Shown: positions 19,005-28,943, numbered from the stretch's first letter. The stretch: DNA of 64,000 nt from an uncultured Bacteroidales bacterium (GCA_964520585.1 CAZFOO010000004.1:13839-77838); one strand, 5' to 3'. A program made the numbers and translations. Notes: generated by a model not told the origin, from the sequence alone.

Positions 19005-19982
19005 ATGTTACTATTCTGGCATATACGCAGATTTAAAGGAAGCATCCCGGTTATTTTATTTGTGTTTATCAGCATATTCTCCTCCTGCCGGCGGTCCCCC
19101 GAAACAATACATATTATCCATGCCGGCAGTCTGTCGGTACCGGTAAAAGAGGCGGCGGACTCTTTCATGAGGGATAACCCTGGCATAAAGGTGCTGACCG
19201 AAGCCTGGGGCAGTAAAGCCGGGGCAAGAAGGATAAGTGAGATGGATGTCCCCTGTGATGTATATATATCTGCTGATTACAATGTTATTGATATTTTCCT
19301 GATACCCGGCCATGCATCATGGAACATTTCATTTGCCGGAAATGAAATGGCTGTTGTATTCAATCAGGGTTCCCGCTATTCCGATGAAATAGACAGTAAT
19401 AACTGGTACGAGATACTGTTGAGGGATGATGTTATATACGGGCGTTCCGATCCCCATTCTGATCCGTGCGGGGTAAGGGCAGTTTTTACAGCAAAACTGG
19501 CTGAGATTTTTTACGATGAACCTGCTTTTTCTGAGAGGCTTCTTTCCAGGCATCACAAAATGATCCGTCCAAAAGAGACCGACCTGCTTGCATTGCTTGA
19601 GAAAAACGCTTTGGATTACATATTTTTATACCGTTCTGTTGCAGAGCAGCATGACCTTAATTTTATTGAGCTTCCTGTACAACTTAATCTCCGTGACCCG
19701 GAGCTGAATAAATGGTACGGACAGGCACTGCTGGAAGTACCGGGTACCAGTCCCGGAGAAACAATTCTAGAAAAGGGCGAAGCAATGGTATATGGAATTA
19801 CTGTACCCCATAAAGCCATAAACCATAAACTGTCGCTGGAATTTGTGAAATATTTTTTATCACCCGGCGGGGGACTGGATATTCTGGAAAGGAATGGCCA
19901 GAATGTGCTTGTACCTTATTCCTCATCAACATATAAAAATATTCCTGAGGAACTGAGGTTCTTTGCCCTTCCGGGGGAATAG
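19005..19982 (+). CDS. wtpA: tungstate/molybdate ABC transporter substrate-binding lipoprotein, WtpA-like
   Basis: Lipobox IFSSC, HAGSLSVP, and SDPHSDPCGVRA resembling the WtpA DPxxDPCGYR oxyanion-binding motif. Confidence 0.6.
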   Translation: MLLFWHIRRFKGSIPVILFVFISIFSSCRRSPETIHIIHAGSLSVPVKEAADSFMRDNPGIKVLTEAWGSKAGARRISEMDVPCDVYISADYNVIDIFLIPGHASWNISFAGNEMAVVFNQGSRYSDEIDSNNWYEILLRDDVIYGRSDPHSDPCGVRAVFTAKLAEIFYDEPAFSERLLSRHHKMIRPKETDLLALLEKNALDYIFLYRSVAEQHDLNFIELPVQLNLRDPELNKWYGQALLEVPGTSPGETILEKGEAMVYGITVPHKAINHKLSLEFVKYFLSPGGGLDILERNGQNVLVPYSSSTYKNIPEELRFFALPGE

Positions 19983-20085
19983 CCCGTATTTAAAGACCCC
20001 ATACCGGCTGTATCATTCCGACTCGGTAATTAAATAATGGCTGCCGGTCGAAATATTTATTATTTTTAGATATTATTCTTTTTGT

Positions 20086-20874
20086 ATGGAGAGGATTTAC
20101 CCGCTAAAGCTTTTGTTCCTGTTCCTGGGAGGATTATTGCTCCTGTTCATTATAGCACCCCTGGCAGGGATATTTCTTGAAACCTCCCCTGCACAATTTT
20201 TTGATACGGCAGTGGACAGGGAAGTATCGGGAAGTATCTGGCTAACATTATGGACATCCATGCTTGCTACCCTGATATTTGCTGTTGCTGCAATTCCTTT
20301 TTCATGGATCCTGGCACGGAAGAAATTCCCTGTCAAGAAGCTTGTTTCTGCAATTATTGACGTGCCTGTGGTCATTCCTCATTCTGCTGCCGGAATTGCT
20401 ATCCTTGGTTTTGTATCAAGAGACACTGTGGTTGGGCAGATTGGGGAAAGTGTCGGGTTAAGTTTTATTGGAACTCCCGCGGGAATTATTCTGGCCATGG
20501 CTTTTGTAAGTATTCCCTTTCTGGTAAATGCTGCCAGGGATGGTTTTGCTGCAGTTCCTGAGAAGCTTGAAAAGGCTGCACTGAGCCTGGGAGCATCGCC
20601 GGCGAGGGTTTTCTTTACTATAAGCCTGCCACTTGCCTGGCGGCCTATAATGTCGGGTATGATTATGATGTGGGCGAGGGGAATGAGTGAGTTCGGGGCT
20701 GTTGTAATTGTTGCCTATCATCCCATGATAACCCCGGTACTGATATACGAAAGGTTCGGAACCTTCGGACTTTCTCATGCCACCCCCGTTGCGGCAGTAT
20801 TTATAGTAGTATGTCTTCTGTTTTTTGTGTTTTTAAGAATGCTTGCAACCACATATGATGATGCTGAAAATTAA
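20086..20874 (+). CDS. wtpB: ABC transporter permease (WtpB/ModB-like)
   Basis: 262 aa, 6 TM segments, with an EAA-like loop (EKAALSLGASP). Confidence 0.75.
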   Translation: MERIYPLKLLFLFLGGLLLLFIIAPLAGIFLETSPAQFFDTAVDREVSGSIWLTLWTSMLATLIFAVAAIPFSWILARKKFPVKKLVSAIIDVPVVIPHSAAGIAILGFVSRDTVVGQIGESVGLSFIGTPAGIILAMAFVSIPFLVNAARDGFAAVPEKLEKAALSLGASPARVFFTISLPLAWRPIMSGMIMMWARGMSEFGAVVIVAYHPMITPVLIYERFGTFGLSHATPVAAVFIVVCLLFFVFLRMLATTYDDAEN

Positions 20875-21913
20875 TGATCTTTCTGTAAAACTTGGGATGT
20901 TTGAACTTTGCAACATGAATTTCAGTGTAGCAGATGGAGAATATTTTGTACTGCTGGGTAGATCGGGAGCTGGTAAATCAGTTTTGCTCCAGCTTATAAG
21001 CGGCATGGTAAGGGCTGATAAGGGAGAAATATGGTTAAATGGGAGGGAAATAAGCAGGGAGAAAATACAAAGACGAAATGTAGGAATGGTATTTCAGGAT
21101 GCAGCCCTTTTTCCCCACATGTCAGTCTTTAATAATATCGCTTATCCCCTCAGATCTGTTAAAAGTAATCAGGCTGAACTGGAAAGAAGGATCGATGAAC
21201 TGGCCGGGATTACCAGTGTGAGCCATTTACTTCGAAGGTTTCCAGGTAATCTTTCCGGCGGAGAGAAGCAGCGAGTGGCACTTGCCAGGGCACTTGCCTT
21301 GAAGCCGGACTGCCTTTTACTTGATGAACCTTTGTCTTCAATGGATATTCAACTCCGGTCTGAACTCCGGTCAATCCTTAGGCAGATCAACGGAACTGGA
21401 CAAACAATTGTGCATGTAACCCACGATTACGAGGAGGCTGCTTTGCTGGCTCATCGTATTGGTGTAATCGAAAACGGTTCTGTAGTGCAGACAGGTAGAG
21501 CTGAAGAGGTGTTTCAAAAACCGCGGACTGAGTTTGTTGCCCGTTTCACCGGAATAAGGAATTTTTTCAGCGGTGTGCTTACGGAGAGCAGATCAAGCCT
21601 GAAAAAATTCAGAACCGGCGGAATGGAGTTGACTTTACTGAGCGATGAACCTCATGGCAGTGGATTTGTTATAATTAGAGCAGAGGATATTATAGTTTCT
21701 TCAGAAGAGCCCGAATCATCGGCTGCAAATAACTTCAGGGGAAAAATATCAGATATGGCACCGGCACGCATGGGAACCGAGCTTATGGTGGATTTCGGTA
21801 TCAGGGCAGCAGTACTTGTTACAGATGAATCCATTACTGCACTGGGCTTAAGGCCGGGAAAAGAAATATGGGTCAGTTTTAAAGCATCTGCGCTTAAGTT
21901 TATTATGAAATGA
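20855..21913 (+). CDS. wtpC: ABC transporter ATP-binding protein with C-terminal TOBE/Mop-like domain (WtpC/ModC-like)
   Basis: Walker A GRSGAGKS, signature LSGGEKQR and Walker B LLLDEP, plus a C-terminal oxyanion-binding-type domain. The track start at 20843 is a TTG; ATGs occur at 20855-20861. Confidence 0.8.
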   Translation: MMMLKINDLSVKLGMFELCNMNFSVADGEYFVLLGRSGAGKSVLLQLISGMVRADKGEIWLNGREISREKIQRRNVGMVFQDAALFPHMSVFNNIAYPLRSVKSNQAELERRIDELAGITSVSHLLRRFPGNLSGGEKQRVALARALALKPDCLLLDEPLSSMDIQLRSELRSILRQINGTGQTIVHVTHDYEEAALLAHRIGVIENGSVVQTGRAEEVFQKPRTEFVARFTGIRNFFSGVLTESRSSLKKFRTGGMELTLLSDEPHGSGFVIIRAEDIIVSSEEPESSAANNFRGKISDMAPARMGTELMVDFGIRAAVLVTDESITALGLRPGKEIWVSFKASALKFIMK

Positions 21914-22461
21914 TTGAGCTCAATAAAACGATTATTATTGGAGGGGCGAGCCGGAATATTGGGAAGACTGAGCTGGTTTGTGGACTGGTAAGGAGGTTTG
22001 GCAGCACCCATGATGTTGTTAGCTTGAAAATATCGGGAATAAAATCTGGAAATGAACTTTTTCATGGGAATCATGAGACACCGCCCGGGAAATTTCATCT
22101 TATGGAAGAAACCAGCCGGGATGGTGTAAAAGACAGTTCGAAGATGTTGCTGGCTGGTGCGTCAAAAGCTTATTACCTGAGGACCAGGGATGAATTTTTA
22201 CAGGAGGCTGTCGAGAGTTTTTTTTCGCTGGTAGATAAGGATACTGTTATCATTTGTGAATCCATAACGCTTAGAAAGATAATAAGTCCGGGATTGTTTG
22301 TCCTGGTCAAAGGTATTAAGGAAGAAAGTGGTAAAAAAAGCCTGGAGGAGGTTTTGCACCTGGTCGACCTTATAATTGTTTCTGACGGGGTGAAATTTAT
22401 CCCCGACCCTGGTATTATTCATCTAGGTGATCATGGCTGGTATTGTGATAGTATTCTTTAA
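21910..22461 (+). CDS. P-loop protein, MobB-like (tentative)
   Basis: 183 aa with Walker A-like ASRNIGKT near the N-terminus. ATGA start/stop overlap with wtpC, and it sits between the transporter and moeA. Confidence 0.4.
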   Translation: MIELNKTIIIGGASRNIGKTELVCGLVRRFGSTHDVVSLKISGIKSGNELFHGNHETPPGKFHLMEETSRDGVKDSSKMLLAGASKAYYLRTRDEFLQEAVESFFSLVDKDTVIICESITLRKIISPGLFVLVKGIKEESGKKSLEEVLHLVDLIIVSDGVKFIPDPGIIHLGDHGWYCDSIL

Positions 22462-22583
22462 GTGGCACTTAAACAGGTTTATATTGTTTAGCGAGCCTAA
22501 TTGCTTATTTTTGCATTCCAAGCAGGGAGTAAAATCTTGAAAGAAATCGGCGACCGGATTACCTGGCAAGTTAAAAATGTTTT

Positions 22584-23759
22584 ATGGTTGAATTTGATGA
22601 GGCTTTAGAAATAATAAGAAACCAGGTTTATACCCTGGAAACGGAAAAACAGCCGTTGCATAATTCTGTTAACAGGATACTTGCGGAAGATATCTTCTCC
22701 GATGTTGACATGCCTCCGTTCAATAAGTCCGCAATGGACGGTTATGCCTGCCGCCGCGGTGACCTGGATAACAGCCTGGAGATTATTGAGACTGTCAGGG
22801 CAGGTGATATACCCGGAAAAACTATCGGGGAAAACCAGTGTGTGAAAATCATGACAGGGGCCAGGGTTCCCGAAGGAGCCGATTGTGTTATTATGGTTGA
22901 ACATACCGTTCAGGATGAAGCCGGATACATCAGGTTTGCCGGTCAGAAAACTGCAGGTAATATTGCTTTTAAGGGAGAGGATCTGAAAAATGGTGACCTG
23001 GTTCTTCCAGGGGGGTGCCTGATAGGGCCGCAACATATTGCAATGCTTGCCTCTGCCGGCTGCACCATGCCCACCCTTTACAGACAGCCAAAAGTAGCCA
23101 TAATGACTACAGGCGATGAAATTGTTGAGCCGGACAAGAAACCATCCGGAACCTCTATCCGCAACAGTAATGGTCCACAGTTAGTTGCCCAGGCCAAAAA
23201 GATGGGTATAACACCCCAATACCTTGGGATAGTGAAAGATACTCCCGGAGCTACTGATTCGGCCATTAAGTCCGCTCTAAAAAACAATGACCTGATCATT
23301 ATTACGGGCGGGGTTTCCATGGGCGATTACGACTTTGTGCCATCCGTACTCAGGGAAAACGGGTTCACTCTCTTTTTTGAAAAGGTAGCAGTGAAACCCG
23401 GAAGACCGACTGTTTTCGGAAAAAAAGATAATGTATTCCTGTTTGGCCTCCCTGGTAATCCGGTATCATCATTCATGATTTTCGAGTTGATGGTAAAACC
23501 GCTTATATATAACCTGATGGGGCATATATATGAGCCTGCTCCTGTAAGAATGCCTGTTGGCGGGGATTATTCGAGAAAAAAAGCCGACAGGGTAGCATGG
23601 ATTCCCGTGTTTCTCAACAGCAGGGGAGAGATAATTCCGGTCGATTACCATGGTTCTGCACATATACATTCCCTTGGGGATGCATGGGGACTTATGAGAA
23701 TGACCAAAGATGTTTATTCATTTAAGAAGGGGGATATGGTAAATGTTAGACAGATTTGA
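22584..23759 (+). CDS. moeA: molybdopterin molybdo/tungsto-transferase
   Basis: 391 aa with PPFNKSAMDGYA, and TGGVSMGDYDF in the MoeA domain III. Confidence 0.85.
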   Translation: MVEFDEALEIIRNQVYTLETEKQPLHNSVNRILAEDIFSDVDMPPFNKSAMDGYACRRGDLDNSLEIIETVRAGDIPGKTIGENQCVKIMTGARVPEGADCVIMVEHTVQDEAGYIRFAGQKTAGNIAFKGEDLKNGDLVLPGGCLIGPQHIAMLASAGCTMPTLYRQPKVAIMTTGDEIVEPDKKPSGTSIRNSNGPQLVAQAKKMGITPQYLGIVKDTPGATDSAIKSALKNNDLIIITGGVSMGDYDFVPSVLRENGFTLFFEKVAVKPGRPTVFGKKDNVFLFGLPGNPVSSFMIFELMVKPLIYNLMGHIYEPAPVRMPVGGDYSRKKADRVAWIPVFLNSRGEIIPVDYHGSAHIHSLGDAWGLMRMTKDVYSFKKGDMVNVRQI

Positions 23760-24543
23760 CAGGGAGATAAATTATCTCAGGATATCGGTAACGGACCGGT
23801 GTAATTTGCGGTGCAGGTATTGTATCCCCTGTGAAGATTTCGTGATGCTTTCTCATGACAATATTCTCAGATTTGATGAGATCGTTGAAGTGGTAAGACA
23901 GGGTGTTGGCATCGGGATAGACAAAATAAGGCTTACCGGTGGTGAGCCTCTTGTCCGCCGTGACGTTGTAAAACTTGTTGGAATGATTGCCTCGGTTGAG
24001 GGTGTAAAGGATCTTGCCATGACCAGTAACGGAATTCTGCTTGATAAATTTGCCGGACCTCTTGCAGGAATGGGACTGAAACGGGTCAATATAAGCCTTG
24101 ATACAATGGATCCCCTCAAATTCAGGGAACTTACCTCGGGAGGTGATATAAACCAGGTTCTCCGGGGCATTGAAGCAGCAAGAACGGCAGGTCTGGAGCC
24201 GGTAAAGCTTAATTGCGTGATTGCCGGTTCTTCTTCAGAACCTGATGCGCTTGCCGTTAAAAAGTTTGCAGATGAGAATGGAATGGAGGTGAGGTTCATT
24301 CACCAGATGGATCTGGGTGAAGGAGAATTTTCTGTAGTTGAAGGAGGAACCGGGGGAGACTGTGAGCATTGTAACAGGCTCAGGCTTACCGCTGACGGCA
24401 AAATCAAACCTTGCCTTTTCAGTGATATCGCTTATGAAGTCCGCAAGATGGGAGCAGGTGAGGCAATACGCGCAGCCATTTTTCAGAAGCCTGCAAGGGG
24501 AACAGCTTGCAGCCTGAACCATTTCTATAATATCGGAGGATAA
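23743..24543 (+). CDS. moaA: GTP 3',8-cyclase (radical SAM), short form
   Basis: CNLRCRYC radical-SAM cluster, C-terminal CEHCNRLRLTADGKIKPC second cluster, and terminal GG. 266 aa. Confidence 0.85.
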   Translation: MLDRFDREINYLRISVTDRCNLRCRYCIPCEDFVMLSHDNILRFDEIVEVVRQGVGIGIDKIRLTGGEPLVRRDVVKLVGMIASVEGVKDLAMTSNGILLDKFAGPLAGMGLKRVNISLDTMDPLKFRELTSGGDINQVLRGIEAARTAGLEPVKLNCVIAGSSSEPDALAVKKFADENGMEVRFIHQMDLGEGEFSVVEGGTGGDCEHCNRLRLTADGKIKPCLFSDIAYEVRKMGAGEAIRAAIFQKPARGTACSLNHFYNIGG

Positions 24544-24606
24544 AGATGTAGCACACAGAAGTTACAGTTAAATTGAATTTTGAAATATAAACAAGTCACC
24601 GCTGAC

Positions 24607-25062
24607 ATGCAAAAAAAATTATCTCATACAGATAGCCAGGGGAATGCAAAGATGGTGGATGTAGGTCATAAGCCGCTTCAGCTCCGGATAGCAAAAGCAA
24701 AAGGGTTTATAAGGATGAATGCAGATACTCTTGAGCTGGTAAGACAGAATAATATTAAAAAGGGAGACGTTCTGAAAATGGCTGAAACAGCCGGCATTCA
24801 GGCTGCAAAACAGACACCTTACCTTATTCCGCTTTGCCACCAGCTTGCCCTGACCCGTATAAACGTTATTGCCGAAATTGCCGCTGGTGGAGTGGGAATA
24901 TTTACCGAGTGCAGGTGTAACGGGCAGACAGGAGTTGAGATGGAGGCTCTGACCGCCGCCAGCGTCGCACTACTGACGGTATATGACATGTGTAAGGCAG
25001 TTGACAATGCTATGGTTATCGAAGGGGTAAGTCTGGTAGAGAAAACTAAAACGGATATATGA
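24607..25062 (+). CDS. moaC: cyclic pyranopterin monophosphate synthase
   Basis: MVDVGHK, IPLCHQL and GVEMEALTA motifs. The track start at 24580 is a TTG; the first ATG is at 24607. Confidence 0.85.
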   Translation: MQKKLSHTDSQGNAKMVDVGHKPLQLRIAKAKGFIRMNADTLELVRQNNIKKGDVLKMAETAGIQAAKQTPYLIPLCHQLALTRINVIAEIAAGGVGIFTECRCNGQTGVEMEALTAASVALLTVYDMCKAVDNAMVIEGVSLVEKTKTDI

Positions 25063-25688
25063 TAAGGTTTGATTTAATTAAGCTGCTATTTTTTATTGTT
25101 TTTTTATTTTCCGGCTGTAGCAATAAGCAAATGCGGAATTTCAATGCTATTCCCAGTTTTTCCGGAAATTTCGTGAATGCCGTAATAGAGATGCCCGCCG
25201 GTACAAATCAACGAATTAAGTATAATGAGCAGGAAAGAATGTTCCTGGTGGAGCAGACTGATGGAGATGACAGGATAATAGATTTTATTCCGAGTCCGGG
25301 GAATTACGGTTTTGTCCCCGGAACATTTCTTGATCCAGTTCTGGGAGGTAGCGGCGATCCGGTTGAAATACTGGTGATATGCGAGAGCCTCACCACGGGA
25401 ACGGTAATGGAAGTTATTCCACTTCTGGTGCTTTATTTTGAGGTACAATCTGATTTCGGCGAGAAACTTACCAATCCGGTTATAATAGCTGTACCCGCAA
25501 ATGAAAGGCAACGTATAATAGATGCCGTAAACTATAGCGGACTCTTTGAAAATTATCCCGACATTGTCGACATCGTTCAGAAATGGATAGCATCCCTTAA
25601 AGGACCGGAGATAAATGATCTCAGGGCAATGGGAGATGGTGAGGTTGCTGTAAAGGAGATAGAAAAGTGGGAGGTGAGACGGTTTTAA
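25059..25688 (+). CDS. inorganic pyrophosphatase-family lipoprotein with substituted catalytic Asp residues
   Basis: Lipobox LFSGCSN. AVIEMPAGTNQRIKYNE and NYGFVPGT resemble family I PPase, but the DGDPxDVLV box reads GSGDPVEILV. Confidence 0.55.
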   Translation: MIRFDLIKLLFFIVFLFSGCSNKQMRNFNAIPSFSGNFVNAVIEMPAGTNQRIKYNEQERMFLVEQTDGDDRIIDFIPSPGNYGFVPGTFLDPVLGGSGDPVEILVICESLTTGTVMEVIPLLVLYFEVQSDFGEKLTNPVIIAVPANERQRIIDAVNYSGLFENYPDIVDIVQKWIASLKGPEINDLRAMGDGEVAVKEIEKWEVRRF

Positions 25689-25699
25689 ATAAACATGTT

Positions 25700-26638
25700 A
25701 TGGATAAAGCAAGATTAAAAGTTATTTCTGTTAATATTTCTGAAGAAAAAGGTACGGTTAAATCTCCTGTGGATATAATTGAAGTTGATAAGAGCGGTAT
25801 CAGGGGCGATGCTCACGCAGGCAACTGGCACAGGCAGGTCAGCCTCCTCGGCGAAGAGAGTGTGATCCGCTTTTCAGGTAAGGCCGGACGAAAAATCAAC
25901 TATGGTGAGTTCGCTGAAAACATTACCACACTGGGACTGGAACTTTTTGATACCAGTCCCCTCGACAGACTGGTGTCAGATGATGTGGAGCTGGAGATCA
26001 CCCAGATAGGAAAAAAGTGCCATGGGTCAAATTGTGCCATCTTCACCGAGGTAGGCAACTGCGTGATGCCCAAGGAGGGGATATTTGCCAGGGTTTTGAA
26101 GGGGGGCAGCCTTAAGTCCGGCGATATCCTTGAATACCGGCCAAGAAATTTTAAATTCCTGGTAGTTACTTTAAGCGACAGGGCCAGCAGGGGTGATTAC
26201 GAAGATAAGAGCGGTCCGGCAGTTGCCAATACTCTGAAGGAATATTTTGGACCGCGGAAAAGAAATATTTTAATAGACAACATTGTTATACCGGATGATG
26301 AACATCAATTAAAAAATATTCTTGATAAAGGGATAAATGATAAATATGATTTTATCATAACCACGGGAGGAACCGGTGTGGGGAAAAGGGATCTCTCTCC
26401 TGATGTTGTAAAGCCTTTGCTCGAAAAGGAGATCCCCGGAATTATGGAGATGATAAGGGTTAAATATGGTTCGGATAAACCAAATGCATTATTGAGCAGG
26501 GGAGTAGCTGGTCTTACAGGTGATAGCTTTGTGTATACCCTTCCCGGCAGTGTCAGGGCTGTAAACGAGTATATGAATGAGATCACCAAAACCATGGAGC
26601 ATCTTGTCTATATGCTTCACGGCATTGATTCACATTAG
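25700..26638 (+). CDS. MOSC domain - MogA/MoaB domain fusion protein
   Basis: The N-terminal ~145 aa are MOSC-like (GIRGDAHAG...SLL). The C-terminal ~165 aa are MogA/MoaB-like (VVTLSDRAS, ITTGGTGVGKRD). The first in-frame ATG is at 25700. Confidence 0.7.
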   Translation: MDKARLKVISVNISEEKGTVKSPVDIIEVDKSGIRGDAHAGNWHRQVSLLGEESVIRFSGKAGRKINYGEFAENITTLGLELFDTSPLDRLVSDDVELEITQIGKKCHGSNCAIFTEVGNCVMPKEGIFARVLKGGSLKSGDILEYRPRNFKFLVVTLSDRASRGDYEDKSGPAVANTLKEYFGPRKRNILIDNIVIPDDEHQLKNILDKGINDKYDFIITTGGTGVGKRDLSPDVVKPLLEKEIPGIMEMIRVKYGSDKPNALLSRGVAGLTGDSFVYTLPGSVRAVNEYMNEITKTMEHLVYMLHGIDSH

Positions 26639-26811
26639 TACCGGATATAACCGGGATCGTTTTGATCCGGATCTTTTTAAGAGCTTGTCGGACCGGTATT
26701 TTGTATACTCTGGCTCATGAGGGTTTCATGAGAGGGAGATACTGAATATGAATTACCTGCTAAACATAATTAATTAATTGATTATTAACGAAATTAAACT
26801 GATTTGCACCT

Positions 26812-27366
26812 ATGGAACGGGAAAAGGCACTGGAATTACTGAAAGAATATGTTAAAGATGAGAAAATGCGTATTCATTGTTATGCCTCTGAAGCGGTTTT
26901 AAGGGCCATGGCAAGGCGGCTTGGGGAGGATGAGGAAAAATGGGGACTCGCCGGGTTGCTTCACGATATTGATGTTGAAGTTACCAGTGCCGACCCAACC
27001 AGGCATGGACTTGTGGCTGAAGAGATACTTGGTAAATACGATGTAGATCCGGAAGTTATCGATGCTGTCATGATGCATAATGAAAAAGCCACAGGGAAAG
27101 AGAGAAACACCACTTTTCAACATGCTCTGGCTGCAGGGGAGACCATTACCGGACTCGTTTATGCAACGGCACTTGTATACCCTGACAAAAAAATTGCACC
27201 GGTTAAACCTAAATCGGTAGTAAAAAGAATGAAGGAGAAGGCTTTTGCCGCCTCTGTCAACCGCGAACACATCCGGGAATGTGAAAAGGCAGGTATTCCA
27301 CTTCCAGAGTTTGCCGAATTGTCAGTCAATGCCATGAAAGAGATCAGTGACGAGATAGGGTTGTGA
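26812..27366 (+). CDS. HD domain phosphohydrolase
   Basis: 184 aa with H..(LLHDID) HD motif spacing. Confidence 0.6.
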   Translation: MEREKALELLKEYVKDEKMRIHCYASEAVLRAMARRLGEDEEKWGLAGLLHDIDVEVTSADPTRHGLVAEEILGKYDVDPEVIDAVMMHNEKATGKERNTTFQHALAAGETITGLVYATALVYPDKKIAPVKPKSVVKRMKEKAFAASVNREHIRECEKAGIPLPEFAELSVNAMKEISDEIGL

Positions 27367-27451
27367 ACCGGTAATACTTTAATACAGAAAGCAGAATTAA
27401 GATATGATCTTTTTATCTGCACCTGCCGGGATAAGGTCTTATCCTGAAAGT

Positions 27452-28747
27452 TTACCGTTGTGAACTGATCTGCCTGGTTCCTACCAGGCGGTCGAACCTG
27501 CTACCAGGTGGGCGGTGGTAAACCATGATCAGGTAATCGTTTTCAGTTTCAAAGAAATTACCTTCAAAAAAGGTTGCATCGGCCACTGAGGATCCTTCTT
27601 CAAGGAACACGTAATGGTAATTATAATATCCCTGCTTTAAAAGCATTGAAAGTTCATAGGCTTTGTCATCGAAATTGTAGATCATCCGGTTCTTACCGTA
27701 GAAATTCCAGTCGCTCAATGCCCCGAGGACATATACATCGCCGTTATCAAAAGGTACTTCCCAGGGCAGGGTGAAATGTACCATTACATAATCCGCATCG
27801 GTTGAGGGTTCCCTGCCTTCTTCGTTCCTTATAAGGTACCTGCCGTTAATATCATGGTGAGAAAAATACATGGCATACTGCCGGGAAGATGCAGGATGAA
27901 GTTCAACATGATAGATCCCTTCGTAAAAGTCAATACTGCTGATGAATTCAGTCTGGTATCGCAGACTCTTAGTGTCGAAGTTCCTGAATTCATTGCCGGC
28001 ATTAAAGACCATCCGTTCATCATCTTCATATACCACTTCCCTGCTTCTTATGTACATTGGCTTCAGGTTTGTGAGGATATTGTCCTGTCGTCCGTTTTTC
28101 ATTACTGTTACCGAGAGTTCAGAATATGGATCGTTTATCTGGAGTTCCGGATGGAGAACATTAATGCTTATCTGCTGACCGGTTTCCCGGTACCTGGTCA
28201 GTCTTGGTCTGTGGACTTCTGCCTCTATTTGTACACTTGATTCTGTTATCATGAACCTTCTGGTTAAAACTACATCATCCTGATCGAAATCCTCGTAAAC
28301 TTTCAGAACATAGTTGCCCGGTAGTTTCAGCGCAACATCATGACCGGGAATTATCAGGGAATAATGGGTGTAGGATACAAAAGTATTAAAGGACAGTTGG
28401 TTATTGTCTATCTGGTTTTCGTAGAATCCATCCATATAATCGGCGGGAAAAAGAGATGACTGAGTCCAGTCCGCGTCACAATGAACAATCGTATACTGGT
28501 AGCTTTTTATATCACCGTCAAGATCGTCAAAGCTGAATATCAGTTCTTCTTCACTGCCAAGTTCAATAACAGGATAGGACATTTCCCAGTCTCTCACGTG
28601 GAATTGCACTGTAGCTATATTGTCCCTGAAAACCCTGTTCGTGTATTTGTCAGAACCGCTGACCGAAAGAGAGAACCCCGGTAATGACATTATAAGTCCG
28701 GTTAGTAATATAAAAAAAAGGTGACGTGAAATCTGAACTTTTTGCAT
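27452..28747 (-). CDS. T9SS plug protein family (DUF5103-like)
   Basis: 431 aa with a signal peptide. IATVQFH...YPVIELGSEEELIFSFDDLDGDIKSYQYTIVHCDADW matches my recollection of the DUF5103/T9SS plug first domain. Confidence 0.6.
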   Translation of the reverse strand: MQKVQISRHLFFILLTGLIMSLPGFSLSVSGSDKYTNRVFRDNIATVQFHVRDWEMSYPVIELGSEEELIFSFDDLDGDIKSYQYTIVHCDADWTQSSLFPADYMDGFYENQIDNNQLSFNTFVSYTHYSLIIPGHDVALKLPGNYVLKVYEDFDQDDVVLTRRFMITESSVQIEAEVHRPRLTRYRETGQQISINVLHPELQINDPYSELSVTVMKNGRQDNILTNLKPMYIRSREVVYEDDERMVFNAGNEFRNFDTKSLRYQTEFISSIDFYEGIYHVELHPASSRQYAMYFSHHDINGRYLIRNEEGREPSTDADYVMVHFTLPWEVPFDNGDVYVLGALSDWNFYGKNRMIYNFDDKAYELSMLLKQGYYNYHYVFLEEGSSVADATFFEGNFFETENDYLIMVYHRPPGSRFDRLVGTRQISSQR

Positions 28748-28943
28748 ATATTATTGTTATTTTGGTACTTTGTTAACGAAATTTATATTGTGTAATTGTG
28801 AAATAGTTAACAGTGCAATCTGCAATTAAATTTCCTGTCAGAGTTTCCTGAATAAAAAGCCTGTAATTGTTATGTTTCAACTCTTGTAAAAATACAATAA
28901 TAAATTTATTTAAATTTTTGGATATTGGTTTGTGCAAAATAGC

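Noticed and set aside
22462-22583. Moco-riboswitch-like words upstream of moeA: GCGAGCC, a UUGCUU/AAGCAG hairpin, and GCGACC..CCUGGC.
   Set aside because: The resemblance is limited to short words with wrong spacing, and the site is inside an operon. Needs Infernal RF01055; a bit score above the gathering threshold would overturn this rejection.
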